Shown: one piece after another, positions 12,900 to 25,705 of the stretch | Layout of the letters: every line of letters begins with the position of its first letter | Position numbering within the stretch: position 1 is the first letter of the stretch | Assembly (NCBI GenBank): GCA_904063045.1 | Contig: CAJFCJ010000004.1 | Span: forward strand, 55,578 to 119,577 | Direction: 5' to 3' | Length of the DNA stretch: 64,000 nucleotides | Origin: Dimorphilus gyrociliatus | Taxonomy: Eukaryota; Animalia; Annelida | The notes under the pieces: generated by a model | What the model was told of the DNA's origin: nothing | The model's database searches: none | Seen by the model: only the letters and a program-made list of their open reading frames with translations | Position numbers and translations under genes: made by a program

Positions 12900-13504
12900 A
12901 TGCAAAAGCTCGGATTAAATTTCCTTCAACTAATTACGTTTCTTCCGGCTTTATTCATACAAACATTCTCGTTATACTCCGAAGCATGGGTTATAACGTA
13001 TACTCAGAATGGTAGCATTGAAACTGAAGAGGGGCCGCTCTATGTAAAAGTTGGAGATGAAAACGTACAACAAAATATATTTGATGGTAAATACCATATT
13101 GGTTTTGTATTTATTATACATCTGATTCAAAATATCCCGTTTTAGGAACACCTTGGATGATTTTAATACGTATTTTTTTGTTAGCATCTGTCATCTTTAA
13201 TTCACTCATTATTCTAAGTTTACCATTAATTATTATGATCAGCCGAAGATTTGCACAATTAAAATTTATCCAATATGGAATATTTGCTGCAAACCTCCTA
13301 TTAAATATATTTTCGCTTTCACTATTTGCAATACTTTACGAGATTAATGCAAATGCAATTCAACTAACTAAAAGATATTACTTACCTTGGTTGTCGGTTG
13401 TTCTACAATTGTTACATTTAATTGCAACAATCGCTGAAGAAAATTGCAGTATCTTTGAAAAACAGAAGAAGCTTGGTCACTCAGTTGGTGAAATCGATCT
13501 ATAA
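12900..13504 (+). CDS. Divergent claudin/PMP22-like tetraspan protein 7 (exons 12900-13086, 13146-13504; ~181 aa)
   Basis: TM1-W-loop exon, 59-nt phase-1 intron, PWMILIRIF at TM2 start, then three more hydrophobic segments. GLF motif degenerate (GPLY). Confidence 0.65.
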
Positions 13505-13775
13505 ATATCAATATTCCTTTACACTGGATATTTTATAAATTCTTATACTGTATATTTATAGAATAGTAATCTACTATGACACATTCTTAGTTTGAGGAAG
13601 AAAATAAACAGACTCTTTTATTTTTAAATTGTCTCTGTGTGATTCACTATACTGTGTATAACTGATTACAAATAAATGAATATTGGTCATTTGGCTTGTA
13701 ATTCTTCGTTCATGATGAATATTTACACCAGTTTCTACATTTTAAATCTAGTTTCATTTTGATCGTGTTTATAAA

Positions 13776-14513
13776 ATGGCTGACTGTGAGGAAAAGACCA
13801 CAATTTCTAAATTACAACAAGTGTTTCGATATATTATATTACCTGTTAATCTTCTGGTTCATTGCATTTCTACCTTTACACCTGGATGGTTTTATTTTTC
13901 AAATTCAAGTTATGGATTATTCTCAACTTGCTATTCTAAACTTTGCAGTTCAACTGATTACATAAAAAACCATGGTTAGTACAAACAGGATTATTGCCTC
14001 TATTTTTTTTCGTGTGTTATAAAATAATTTAATTAATAATTTTTCACTTCAGATTGGTTTTCAATTGTTCAAGCGATGATGACCTCTAGTGGAATACTTT
14101 TGATTATTGCTACAGTTGCAGTTATAGCTTCATTTCTAATCAAATATAAGCGACCCGAATCAACTATATTATTCTTATTATTTTGTATGGGAGTATCGTG
14201 TATTTTCAGCTTTATCGCATGGATTGTGTTTTCCGTTAATTCGAATGGATACTTTTTTATTGGAGAATTGAATCATATATCATATTCACACTCTTTGGGT
14301 ATCGTTTCGTCATTCCTGCAATATATTGGATTTCTTATAAATTCTTACTCATTCATAATGATATCCCCGAAAAGAGCATTACCACCTCCAGAAGACAATA
14401 ATAACGAACAACAAACCAAACTTGAATTTGACAATGATCGTATACACGAACAGCCATATAAAAGTAAACTAAACACTGCAACCTATCGTAGTAATTGCGT
14501 AACTTTTGCTTAG
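13776..14513 (+). CDS. Claudin/PMP22-like tetraspan protein 8 (exons 13776-13974, 14053-14513; ~219 aa)
   Basis: GWF..YGLFSTCYSKLC signature; 78-nt phase-1 intron before DWFSIVQAMM; ISYSHSLGIVSS at TM4. Confidence 0.85.
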
Positions 14514-14599
14514 TTTTACTATTCAAATGACGTTCATTAAAATCTAATAAATCGAAGAAGTAGTATTTATTTAACAGAATATTTTCTTTTATTATTTAA

Positions 14600-17057
14600 C
14601 TAATTTTCCATTAAGTTAATATAATCTTCTTGATCTTTAAGTAATCGAAGAAAAACTGCGTATTTGTTGTCGTGATATCTATTATTATAAATAATATTAA
14701 AATAATAAAAAAGTTTGAAAGAATACCTTTTAAAAAAATATTATCTTACCCTTTAGTGTTATTTAGAGGTCGAACAGAACGACCTTCAGAAGCGAAACGA
14801 GTGGTACCTTCCTAAAGAATTTATAAATAATATTTCACCCATAACATTTTACGGAAATGAAAGAGAAATGAAATGATAAAAAAAGGGAATAATTGCTAAA
14901 GCTAACCAATAAGCTAGTAAAGTAATTTGAAGCGCAAGCACCCAATATTGCTGCTCCTAAAAGTACTGGACTTTGACAGTCGGGAACGATAATATTCATT
15001 TCTAAAATGGAAATAATGAGATAAAAAGGGAAAAAATAAGAAAACAAATAATTTTCAAACAATTTTTAAGATTAACTTACGACAAACATCAGCCAAAGTT
15101 TGTAAAAATAGCTGATTTTTTGATAAACCACCACATATGTGTAATGTCCGAATATTTATATCATTCTCTTTAATAGTTTCAATAATGTGTCGAGTACCGT
15201 ACTGTAATAAACCAGATGTTGTTTTTTTTTTTAGTATCTAATCTGAAATTAATAGTTTTTACCGCGAGTGCTTGAATTGTCGCAAGATATTTGATTGCCA
15301 AATCTTCAACATCGCTGTTCAATGACAATCCAACCATCTAACATTTTTCAATATAATTAACAAAAAAATATTTGCCACTTTTCGATTAATTTCATTACTT
15401 TACCATTCCTTGTCTGTTCGAATCAGCTAAAGGAGATCTATTGCCATGGAAATCAGGACAAATATGTAATTTCTTTGCCAATTGGTAAACTGGAATGCCA
15501 TCTCTAGATGACATAAATTTGAGTACGTCATGTAAAATTTCTGTATCGTGTTTCTTTCTAAGAAATGTAGAATATGGGTGCAAATTAACACAAATCGATT
15601 TATATATACAATAAGATGGCTAACTTGCTTTTAGCTTCTTCCTTAATCCAATCTTTACTTGGGTGACTATCAACAACGTAATCTATCTAAAATTTCCAAT
15701 AAAATAGAATAGATAAAATTAAAGAAACCCTATAGGAAACTAAATTATGCATCCGTTATAATCAACCTACCAATTTGGCAACTGCACTCTGTCCTGCTTC
15801 ATTTAGGAACCAGTCTTTCAATATAGCAGATCGATACGGTCCCCATACTCCTTGGATAAACTTTTCCTCTTCAGAAAGCTTTATGTTTATTTTTTTACTT
15901 TTATTAGTTAGGTGCATTTGTCCAAATATCTAATATACAAACAATCATATGACATGCTGATGTGCCCGCTATTATTGCCATTTTTGAATTTAGTGGAGAG
16001 TCTGAATCATTCTTACAGCTTAAACAACCTTTAGATATAATATTCTTTACGTCTTTCTATGGGTAAAACACAATTTTTTCGTTACCGATTGTCCCCGAAT
16101 GAGCATCTATTAGACTAATAGCTACAGGTGTTCCAACAGATAAATTAAGATTTTCCGCAGACTCATTTGTTAGCCCATTACCAGAAGGGGTACCCGGACT
16201 CTTAATATCTGTTCCTGTTATGCGAAGAAAGTTTACACATCAGACTAGATGTTAGAAAAGGAGCATTATTTTTTTACCAAGCCTTTCGAAGTTCTCCTCT
16301 GCTAAGTCTTCTAAACCTACTTGCTTAAAGAAATCAATATTCCAACCTTGAAATTCCTTAGTTTGCAAATAGTTCCATTTGCAAACAAGAGAACATAAAC
16401 TTCTTGTAGTTGAGCCAGTTGCTTTATAAGTAAGAAAGTCAGTTAAATCCATAAAGTGAACAGTTTTCTCCCAAATTTCAGGTTTATTTCTTTTTAACCA
16501 AATTAATTTTGGAATTTGCATTTCGAGGCTGACTTTTCCTCCGACGTAATTAAGGCATTCATTTCTAGTTTCATTGATAAAATCAGCCTCATCCTTTGCT
16601 CGATGATCCATCCACATCATAATATTACATCTTGGATCATCTGTTTATAGAAACGTTTCAGGACTGTCGCATGTTTGTACAGTTAAATATTTATATGCAT
16701 ATGGGACCTGTGGTACTAATGCTCAATTGTTTATCTTGTTCCCCTAATAGAACCAAAGAACATGTAGCATCGAAACCTATTCCTTTAATGCTTTCTTTTT
16801 CAACGCTTTTTGTTACTGCCTGTAAAGGAGTATGCCTATTTTAAATTTTGTATCAGACACTGAAGCGGACTATTAACTTGTATTGTTCGGGAAACACAAT
16901 TCCACACTTCCTCCGACGACTGTTCGTAATGACCCGGCTGAGGATTCCATATAGTTAACGCCTCTACGCATTGATCTAAAATTTTCCCATTATCATTTAC
17001 TAAAGCCGCCCTAACGCTGCTCGTTCCAACGTCTACTCCCACAAAGTAAACACTCAT
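14600..17057 (-). CDS. FGGY: FGGY carbohydrate kinase domain-containing protein (multi-exon)
   Basis: Spliced translation gives GVDVGTSSVRA, GIGFDATCSLV, MWMDHRA, SLEMQIPKLIWLK, IDAHSG, IAGTSACHM, GVWGPY, PDFHGNRSPLAD, CGGLSKNQLF, LLGAAILGA, YHDNKYAVFL. ATG 17057; TAG 14600-14602. Confidence 0.95.
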
Positions 17058-17299
17058 TGCGAATGTCAACCAAAGTGTATTTTATTTACAAAAAGGAGAA
17101 AACCGGGTAAATGATCTATATTGGTAGTATGACTTGATCTAATTTATTTAACACATAGAGGACGCCACCGTTAAAAGTCGTACTTAACGAAATATAGCTA
17201 AGTCGATATTCTTGGTATAGACGATAAAGGACAAATTAATCGATTAATATTTAGAACTGTGACTCAAACCTAATAATTTCTACAGCTAAGCAATATTCT
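17058..17299. promoter_or_regulatory. Candidate bidirectional promoter FGGY/SIRT5
   Basis: Divergent start codons only 242 bp apart; function inferred from the geometry. Confidence 0.5.
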
Positions 17300-18997
17300 A
17301 TGGTTATTCGCTTGTTGTTAAAAAAATCGATTGCTTTGTTGCGATCAAACTCCCAAACTCATATTCGTCAATTTTTGAATATTAAAAGAATTCATCCTTC
17401 GGTATGTAACCGTATAAAAATCATAAGAGTTTGGCGATTTGTAAGAATAATATGAAATCTTAGATGCCTGACTTATTTTGAATATTTAACCCATCTCTCT
17501 AGCAAACCGCTTAAAAAATTACATCCATTAAATTGATCAATAGACAATAATAACATATCTTTGATAAAAGAGAGAGAGAGAGAGAGAGAGAGAGGTTATA
17601 AATATACTTGAAATGAACACTAAACCTATCCGATTTGTATAGATTTCAAATTAAAATCACAAATTATCAATCAGACCAAAATCTAAAGAATTAATTAAAT
17701 TTATTACACACTTTTCGTTGAATAGATTAGCATGGCGCCCAGCTCTGATTTAGCCAAATTTCGTCATCTATTTGCCGAAGCTAAAAATATTCTAATACTA
17801 ACTGGAGCCGGGGTTAGTGCCGAGAGTGGTGTTCCAACATTTAGGGGAGCAGGGGGATTATGGAGAACGTTTGCAGCTCAGGTAATAATTAGTCAATTCG
17901 AGAAGAATAGATTTTATTTAACGTTAAACCGTCATTTATCTAGAGTGTCGCAACCCCGGAAGCTTTTTCCAGAGATCCATCACTTGTTTGGGAGTTTTAT
18001 CATTACCGTCGGGAAGTTATGAGAACGAAAGATCCAAATCCTGTTAGTTCTTTATTTAAAAATCTCGATAAATTATACTTACAATGGTAACATGCATTAA
18101 AGGCTCATAAAGCAATCGCCGAATGTGAAGAGAGACTTGGCAAGCAAACTAGGAAAGTTACTGTTGTAACACAGAATATTGACGAGTTGCATAAAAGAGC
18201 CGGCTCCAAAAATATTATTGAACTACATGGTTAATATAATTAAAGATAATATGTTAAAGCAAAGACGTGTATGCGTATACAAACAGGTTCTCTCTTCAAG
18301 GTCAAATGTTTGACATGTGATGAAGTAACGGCGAATTATGACAGCCCTATTTGTCATAGTTTGGCAGGAAAAGGGTAATTTTATAGTCTTCCAACTTGTA
18401 AAGTTTACGAATATTTTTTAAGTTTATAAAAAGAGATAATGATGTATACAAACTTCTTAAATTCCAAAATAGATTGGATAACTAGTATTATGCAATCCAG
18501 ATCTCCCGATAAGAATGCTATCGACGCCAAGATACCTGAAAAGGATCTGCCAAGATGTAAACCTTGCGGAGGCCTGCTTCGCCCACACGTCGTCTGGTTT
18601 GGTGAACAGTTAGACAAGGACGTTTTAGAGAAAACCTATGAAGTAATGGACAAATGCGATCTTTGCCTAATTGTATGTATTAAGACATCGATTGTTATAA
18701 TATTACAATGCTGATCGCTTAAAGATATACTATATGTATTTTTTTTTATAGGTGGGAACTTCATCTGTTGTTTATCCGGCGGCAATGTTTGCTCCTGAAC
18801 TTGCTAAAAAAGGAGTACCCGTTGCCGAATTCAATTTGGAAAAAACTCCAGTGACATCCGACTTCCGGTACATATCTCAATATTGTACTTTTCCCACGAA
18901 ATACGATAAAAAAAATTCTCTTTTTTCCGCCTATAGATTTCATTTTCAAGGTCCATCAGGAGAGTGGCTTCCAAAAGCTCTAGCACCACTTGAATAA
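17300..18997 (+). CDS. SIRT5: NAD-dependent protein deacylase sirtuin-5 (multi-exon; upstream exon 17300-17401 encodes a mitochondrial-type presequence)
   Basis: [26 protein letters not shown] (class III Tyr/Arg specificity motif), [46 protein letters not shown]. Exon 1 [34 protein letters not shown] splices in phase 0 to ISMAPSS. Confidence 0.95.
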
Positions 18998-19849
18998 AGG
19001 ATATATTTTGAATATTTATCAATCTATTCTCTCTTTAACTTTTAAATTATACTAATTAACTCGTTACGCTATTATGAACTATGAGAAAGAGCCAATTCAA
19101 ATCAACTTTTATAATGTATGTGTATATATTGTAGATAGATTGTTTGTAATGTTAATAGTCATAAGAATAAAAGTGATCAAACTTTTTTTTATCATTAACG
19201 TCAACAATTATTAAAGAAGCTATCTTCTATTAGATTTTATTAGGTAGCCAGCTAATTTATAGGTCAAGGATTTTTAATACCGTAAATACTTTCCCTCGGT
19301 TACAACAGCGCCTATTATATAGGAAATACCAATTCAATGATTCATATATATAAGTATACAAAATATACATGCGTATAAATGCCAAATAGGTTACTTGTGA
19401 AAAAAAGACCTGCTTTTAAACCACTCTAATGATTATATTTAGTTTTCTTTAGTTTGCGTTATGTACAGTATGTGCCGTGTCTACATATATATTTTATAAA
19501 TATTGATCTGAATATCTGACTAGGAAATTTGTCCTTTGATGAATAATATTTGCCCTAACGCTTTTCTTAGATATTTCTATAATACAGTTCACTGAAAGAT
19601 TGTTACTTTTGCCTTAAAAAAACAAGTCCGGCCGTTCCGGCCGTTAAAATTTCTACAAAATAAAGTTAGATATCAAAAGAACAAACTGACCTTTAAGAGA
19701 ATTGTATATAAAAATTCTTTGATTGTGTTTTTCCTCTTTTTTTTGTTTTTCAAGCTAAAGTCGTGTTTAATCTATTCACCTTAATGTTCTAATTAGCCTT
19801 ATTTATTAATCGTAAAACTGACCCCCATAGTTCCTTATCAACTAATCTA

Positions 19850-19881
<32 letters not shown>

Positions 19882-20834
19882 TGCCATATTATACAGTATA
19901 TAAAAAAGAAATATATAGAGAAAGAGTTTGAAATGTTAATGCTATATTATTTTATCACTTTAAAAATGGCCTCATATAATAAAATAACATGTTGTCTGAA
20001 AAAGAAAGAGAAAGCAAGAAAATCGTTGACTCAATCAATGCAGACGATTAATATCAATTAAAGTCTTATTTACGTAAATTGCTAGTTTTGATACATTTTT
20101 TTCTTTAATTAAATCAAGTTTTTTTTTGATACTCTAAAAAAATCTCACAGATTTGACCTAAAAGCTTGGAAATGTCACAAAAATATCTGATATTCACTAT
20201 TCTAGTTGTTGTGAAAATAAATGTACAGTGACACACCATTCTAAATGTCGAAGGCAGCAAGGTGAGCTAATATTACTAAAGATTACACAAATAAGTAACA
20301 TCGAAGGGGGCGCTTAAAAATATAGAAAAGAGAAGCAGCAAGTGATGTATATATATATATATATATACAGTATATATATAGTATATACTTATATAAAAAA
20401 CGAGAATTATCTTTATCCCTAATCTATGTATAAATAATGTTCCTAAGTCTTATCAACAACTCATACAGTTGTTACATTGTATCTGAATTACCGTAGAAAT
20501 TATCATATAAACTCAATCGTGCAGTATATCTACTATACATGCACGTATAGAAAGTACATTTAGCATAAAAATCTCAAGGTGCTATATCTTTTATTATATA
20601 AAAAAAACACAGTTATTATCTAAATCATCTTTTTCTTTTTTCTTTAATTCTTTCAATTTTTCATTTATATCAGTGAATATAAATCATATTGTTATATTTT
20701 TCTTTTTTATCATTCTACCAAATTACATACATGTATATATTGTATATATTTCCATAAATATTCCCTATTCTATATCTTCCATGTACTTAGAGTATATAAA
20801 ATTAAAAAAAAATGTACTTGGCTTAGTTTCTCCT

Positions 20835-20940
20835 CTCTTCTCTCTCTCTCTCTCTATGTGTGTGTCTGTCTGTCTGACTCTCTCTCTCTCTCTCTCTCTC
20901 TGTGTCTCTCTCTCTCTCGCTCTCTCCCACTCTCTCTATC
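20835..20940. repeat. Compound (CT)n/(GT)n/(CTGT)n simple repeat
   Basis: Visible; source of the spurious ORF 20673-21002. Confidence 0.9.
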
Positions 20941-23352
20941 ACTGTCTCTCTATTTTCTCACTCTCTTTCCTACAAAACTTACCCAAAATATGGAGGAAAT
21001 AAAGTAAGAGTTAACCCTCTCTTTATCTGTTTAAGTAGAGTAATATCATAATCTTATAATTATCCTATGAATAAAAAGAGTAACTTTCATAGCTAATCCA
21101 TATGTAGAATATTGTATATAGACAAAATATGTGTATAGGCGTGCGTAATAGGAATGGGTAAAAGGTTGTAAAACATTCTACAGATCTATAAAAGCAAAAA
21201 GAAATAACCATTACAAACCAGTTATGAAATTAGATTATTAGAAGTTGAAAGAATTTCCTTTAAATTGAAGAGTAGGAGTTAAAAAACAAAAGAAAGGATT
21301 AACAAAGAGAAAGTAAGAATATAACTAAGACAAATAAAATACATTCTTTAATGTTGTACAAGTAAGATTTCTTTTATTAAATTAAATGGGCAAAATATTA
21401 ATATTTATCGTTTTGTGAAATTTTCCACAAGCATTTTATTATTTCGATTCATTTTATGCATTTCGACTCTTCTTAGAGATATATCTTTTCGTGAGAAATG
21501 GAAGAAAAGAAAAAGGTCACGATGGATTTTTTTTTCTTTTTTGAGGATAAGTTTTCTTATCTAAAAATAAACTGGTCTTCTTCTTATTCATACTTATTCT
21601 CTCTTTCTCTCTCTCTTAGTTTATTTATCTATCTATGAATGTCTCTTCCTATGCTTTTCTCGGTTCTCTTTTTTAGCTGTCCCCTCCCCCTCTCTACTTT
21701 TTATTCTCTCCGGATCTCCGTCCTTTATGCTCGTGGACCTTTATCCTGTTATTTTTACAAATTTTGAAAGACTAAAAGAATTGGAAGAAAGGATGATTAG
21801 GTTAAATGGGTCCGTATCCATCTCTCCTCTATATTGTACTTAAATACTCTAGATATAAGAATGATGGGTTATGATAACTAGTCAAAACACGAGTTTGGTT
21901 GAACTGTCTCGATTTTAGTTCTTACAATATGAATTCTTTACATGAGGAAAAAGGCTATAAATAGCGATCCTGCTATACAGCCCAATGATACACTGGGATA
22001 TACGTAGGCCTGTAAAATCTCTTTTTGTGTAAAACATTCGACTATCATATAAACAATGAGTGAAAAAGCTAGATATGAAGAGCATGAGGGAGGGGTGATT
22101 TTAAATAGACCTAATGTTTTCAAGGTGAATCGTGATTATCATCATGTATAGGCTGATGATAGTTAAAAAAACGGTACAGTTAGAAATAAAAGGAGAAATA
22201 TAAACTGATGAGGTCAGTCTTAGTCTGGAATGGCTGGGAATGTTTGCTTTACCTATATGTATAAATGTTATAAAACTCTCTACAATATTTTTATTCGATA
22301 ATCTATTAAATGGCTGTCCTATTGGCGCTTCGTAGCCTCTTCGATTACTTCAGACCAGACTCTCTCTCTCTCTTTTTTTTTTTATTTCGTCCATTATCTT
22401 ATAAATTACCTACCTAACCTAATTTTTTTACGATTTCTATAATAGTTATACGTAGTTATAAGCAGCCACCAAAAAAAGACTAGTGCCTGATTCCTAATAT
22501 ATCTATTCTATTCAATTATAATCGAGTGAACAATATCTTCGTAACCAACGAATTATAATAATAATATTAATTAATATTACATGAAAGCCCCTTTTCATAT
22601 CCACCAATCCACGTGTATAATTTTTGAACTGCAAAATAGTATATCAATATTTAAACAAGACCAATGTCACCTTGACAGGCCTAGATATATTACGTCAAAC
22701 AAAAGTTTCAATCCTCCTTAACTTTAAACCAGTAAAACAGGTCATTTATCAATGTCAAGATATTTCAATAAATATAATATTGGGTAAATTAATTTACAAA
22801 ACTGTTTGCTCCTTGCTATCTATCACTTCCGGTGTTCCCTTTCTTTACTATTGGGTACTATTTTTAGATTTACAATTATTCATTACTAGCTGCCCTTAAT
22901 AATACCCTACTAATTAGTACCATTTTGATTAGTTGATAAGAATCAAAGCTTTTTCTACTCTCATTAATGAATAGAAAGATTATTAACGTTATAGTGTTTG
23001 GAAGTAAATTTAATAAATTAATATATCTAATTAGATTGAACAATCCTAATTAATAACGTCCCTAAAATAATATAATACAAGGAATAATCTAGATGAATTT
23101 TAATAGTTAAATTCTTTTTTTAACCGTAAGAAATATCCTTCTCGTACTTTTTTTTTGATGAAGCTTAGAAAACAAGTAGCGTAGAAGGAGCCACTAGGAA
23201 AATAGGTGTCGCTTCGAAAACAAACTACTTTCATTCTCCTATTTAGACCCTGAGTCTGTAGCACGATGTCAGGCGGCAAGTAGCCGGTTTCAGTTTCAGA
23301 AAAGAAATATCTCTCAAAGTAAACGTTATTTTATTATGCTGATTAGCTCTTC

Positions 23353-24404
23353 ATGGCTAAGAATTCAAATCATCATGATGTCGAAAAGCAAGCGGAATCA
23401 ATTAAAGAACCCGCTGAACAGACAAATGTCCCGTTGCCTACGCAAAAAGATGGCAATAGTCTAAAATCAGACGACACAAGCGTCCTACCCGAACGCGATC
23501 AGTGGGCAAATAAATTGGATTTTGTCGTATCCTGTATTGGCTTCGCCGTTGGACTGGGTAACATTTGGCGTTTTCCCTATCTCTGTTATAAAAATGGAGG
23601 AGGTAAGAATTAATCCATTTAATTTAAATATTAATAAAAGTGTAATAAAAAATGTACATGAAGGCGATATAGTTATAAAAAATCAACTTGTACTCTTATA
23701 CATATATATATATATATATATATATTTATACATATATAGATATATATATATATACATATATATCTATATATATACAGTATATACATATATATATATATCT
23801 ACCCGTTTTTATCGGAAAAGTCTTATTTCTGGAACGTCGATTTTTATTGATTCGTAAAAACTTACTTCTATAAAGAGGAAAAAAATCTGGTTACATGGTT
23901 ATAAAGGCGAATAAAAGGTTCTTCTAGGTTGTACTATCAAACAACTAATTATATTATAAACCGGCACAGGAACAAATAACTCTACAGATGTCTCTCTTTA
24001 TCTAATGCTTGTGTCGCTAACTTGAGCAGACGTCAAATCATGTAATGTGTAAAATACCTAATACATAATACATATATATATATATATATGTATGAACAGT
24101 TAGAGATGTTGATTTATGAGGACAAAATACTTTCTATAAGCAAATATTCAATTTAAATAATGAAAAAAAAAGGAATATTTTTTTTTAAAAAAAAAATTAT
24201 TATGTAAATATCTCAATTATTTTTAATATATATTGAAGGACTGAATGAGAGAAAAAAATTAATAAAAAAACTATATAAGCTTTCCATTCAATTAAGCTTT
24301 ACTTTTTTTTCTACACTAGGAATTGGAAATGGTAGACGATTAAATTTTATTTGGGTGATAAGGCCTAATTGTTGTTATTAAAAGAGCATAAAATTAGAAA
24401 TATA

Positions 24405-24435
<31 letters not shown>

Positions 24436-25671
24436 TACTTTCATAAATAATGTATAAATTATTAAATACTGAGAAAAATGTGAATATAAGATGTTTACTT
24501 TTAATCCTCTTTATAATATTAATTGAAATTCTTTAACCTTTATAGGGGCGTTTCTTATTCCGTACTTCATATGCTTGATATGCGGTGGAGTACCGATTCT
24601 CTTCTTGGAAATATCTTTGGGTCAATTCATGAGACAGGGTGGATATGGAGTGTGGAAAATATGTCCGATATTTCAAGGTAATATCTATTTACTAGGGTTA
24701 CGCTTGAAAATCCAACTATAAAATCTCTATTCTGCTTATTTAAATAATATTGCAAGGAATCTGTCCTATTAAAACAGTCTAAATACAATCGTACGGTCCT
24801 GATTTTTTGCTAGTTAAACAAACGTTGATATTCTAAGGTCATTAACCATTTTATCGTTTAAAATATTCTATTCCCTGTTGTCGGTGACAACGTAACTTAT
24901 CCCCATTAAACCGACTTACTTTCGCAGTCCTACACCCAACCACACTTTTAGTTGTAACAACTTGAAAAATTTCAAATTCTTTGGTATGAAATGAATAATC
25001 AAAAAAATTGAATGGAATAATATAGTTATTATTATACTTTGTCCCGTACAATTCATACTGATATATACTATTTGACTTCAAAAGTCTTGAAAAGAATGAG
25101 CATAGAAAGAAAAACTCCCACGAAATTTGTCCTTTTAGCTATTCACCTCTTTCTTGTTTTCAAAATTGTTTTGACTAAGACTTTTTGGATAAAAGTCAAC
25201 ATCATATTGTAATTGTTAGCCTATGACTTTTTGACAGAAAACTACTTTTTACGAATCAATCTCAAATGGTTCTATCTTCTCTACTTAAAGATTTGCCTTT
25301 ATAATTTTACTGATTACTTTTTTTTATTTCTAAAAACATAAAATAGATATATTCAAGTATATAATATATTAAAAGATATTCTCCCACTAATAGAGGTCAA
25401 CAATATACCATAAAGAGAATACTAAAACAAAATATCCACTTCATCACCTTTAACTTTTTAATATTCCGTCCTTGAAACGTATACAACAAAATTTCACGTG
25501 AACAGCCATATACCCTGAAATCGTCAAGGTTATCGCCGATGAAAGTGATATATATACACTTTCTTTTATAAAAAAAAAAAACAAAAACAAAATTAAACTA
25601 TTCTTAAATAGTAAAATTAAAGAAAAAAGCTAATTTTCTTTTTTTTAACATACTATTCATACTATTCCACT

Positions 25672-25705
<34 letters not shown>

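Noticed and set aside
20673-21002. 109-aa ORF with LSLSLS repeats
   Set aside because: Produced by the (CT)n/(GT)n microsatellite; no splice or homology support.
23522-23873. ORFs with YIYIYI downstream of SLC6 exon 1
   Set aside because: Intronic (TA)n repeat.
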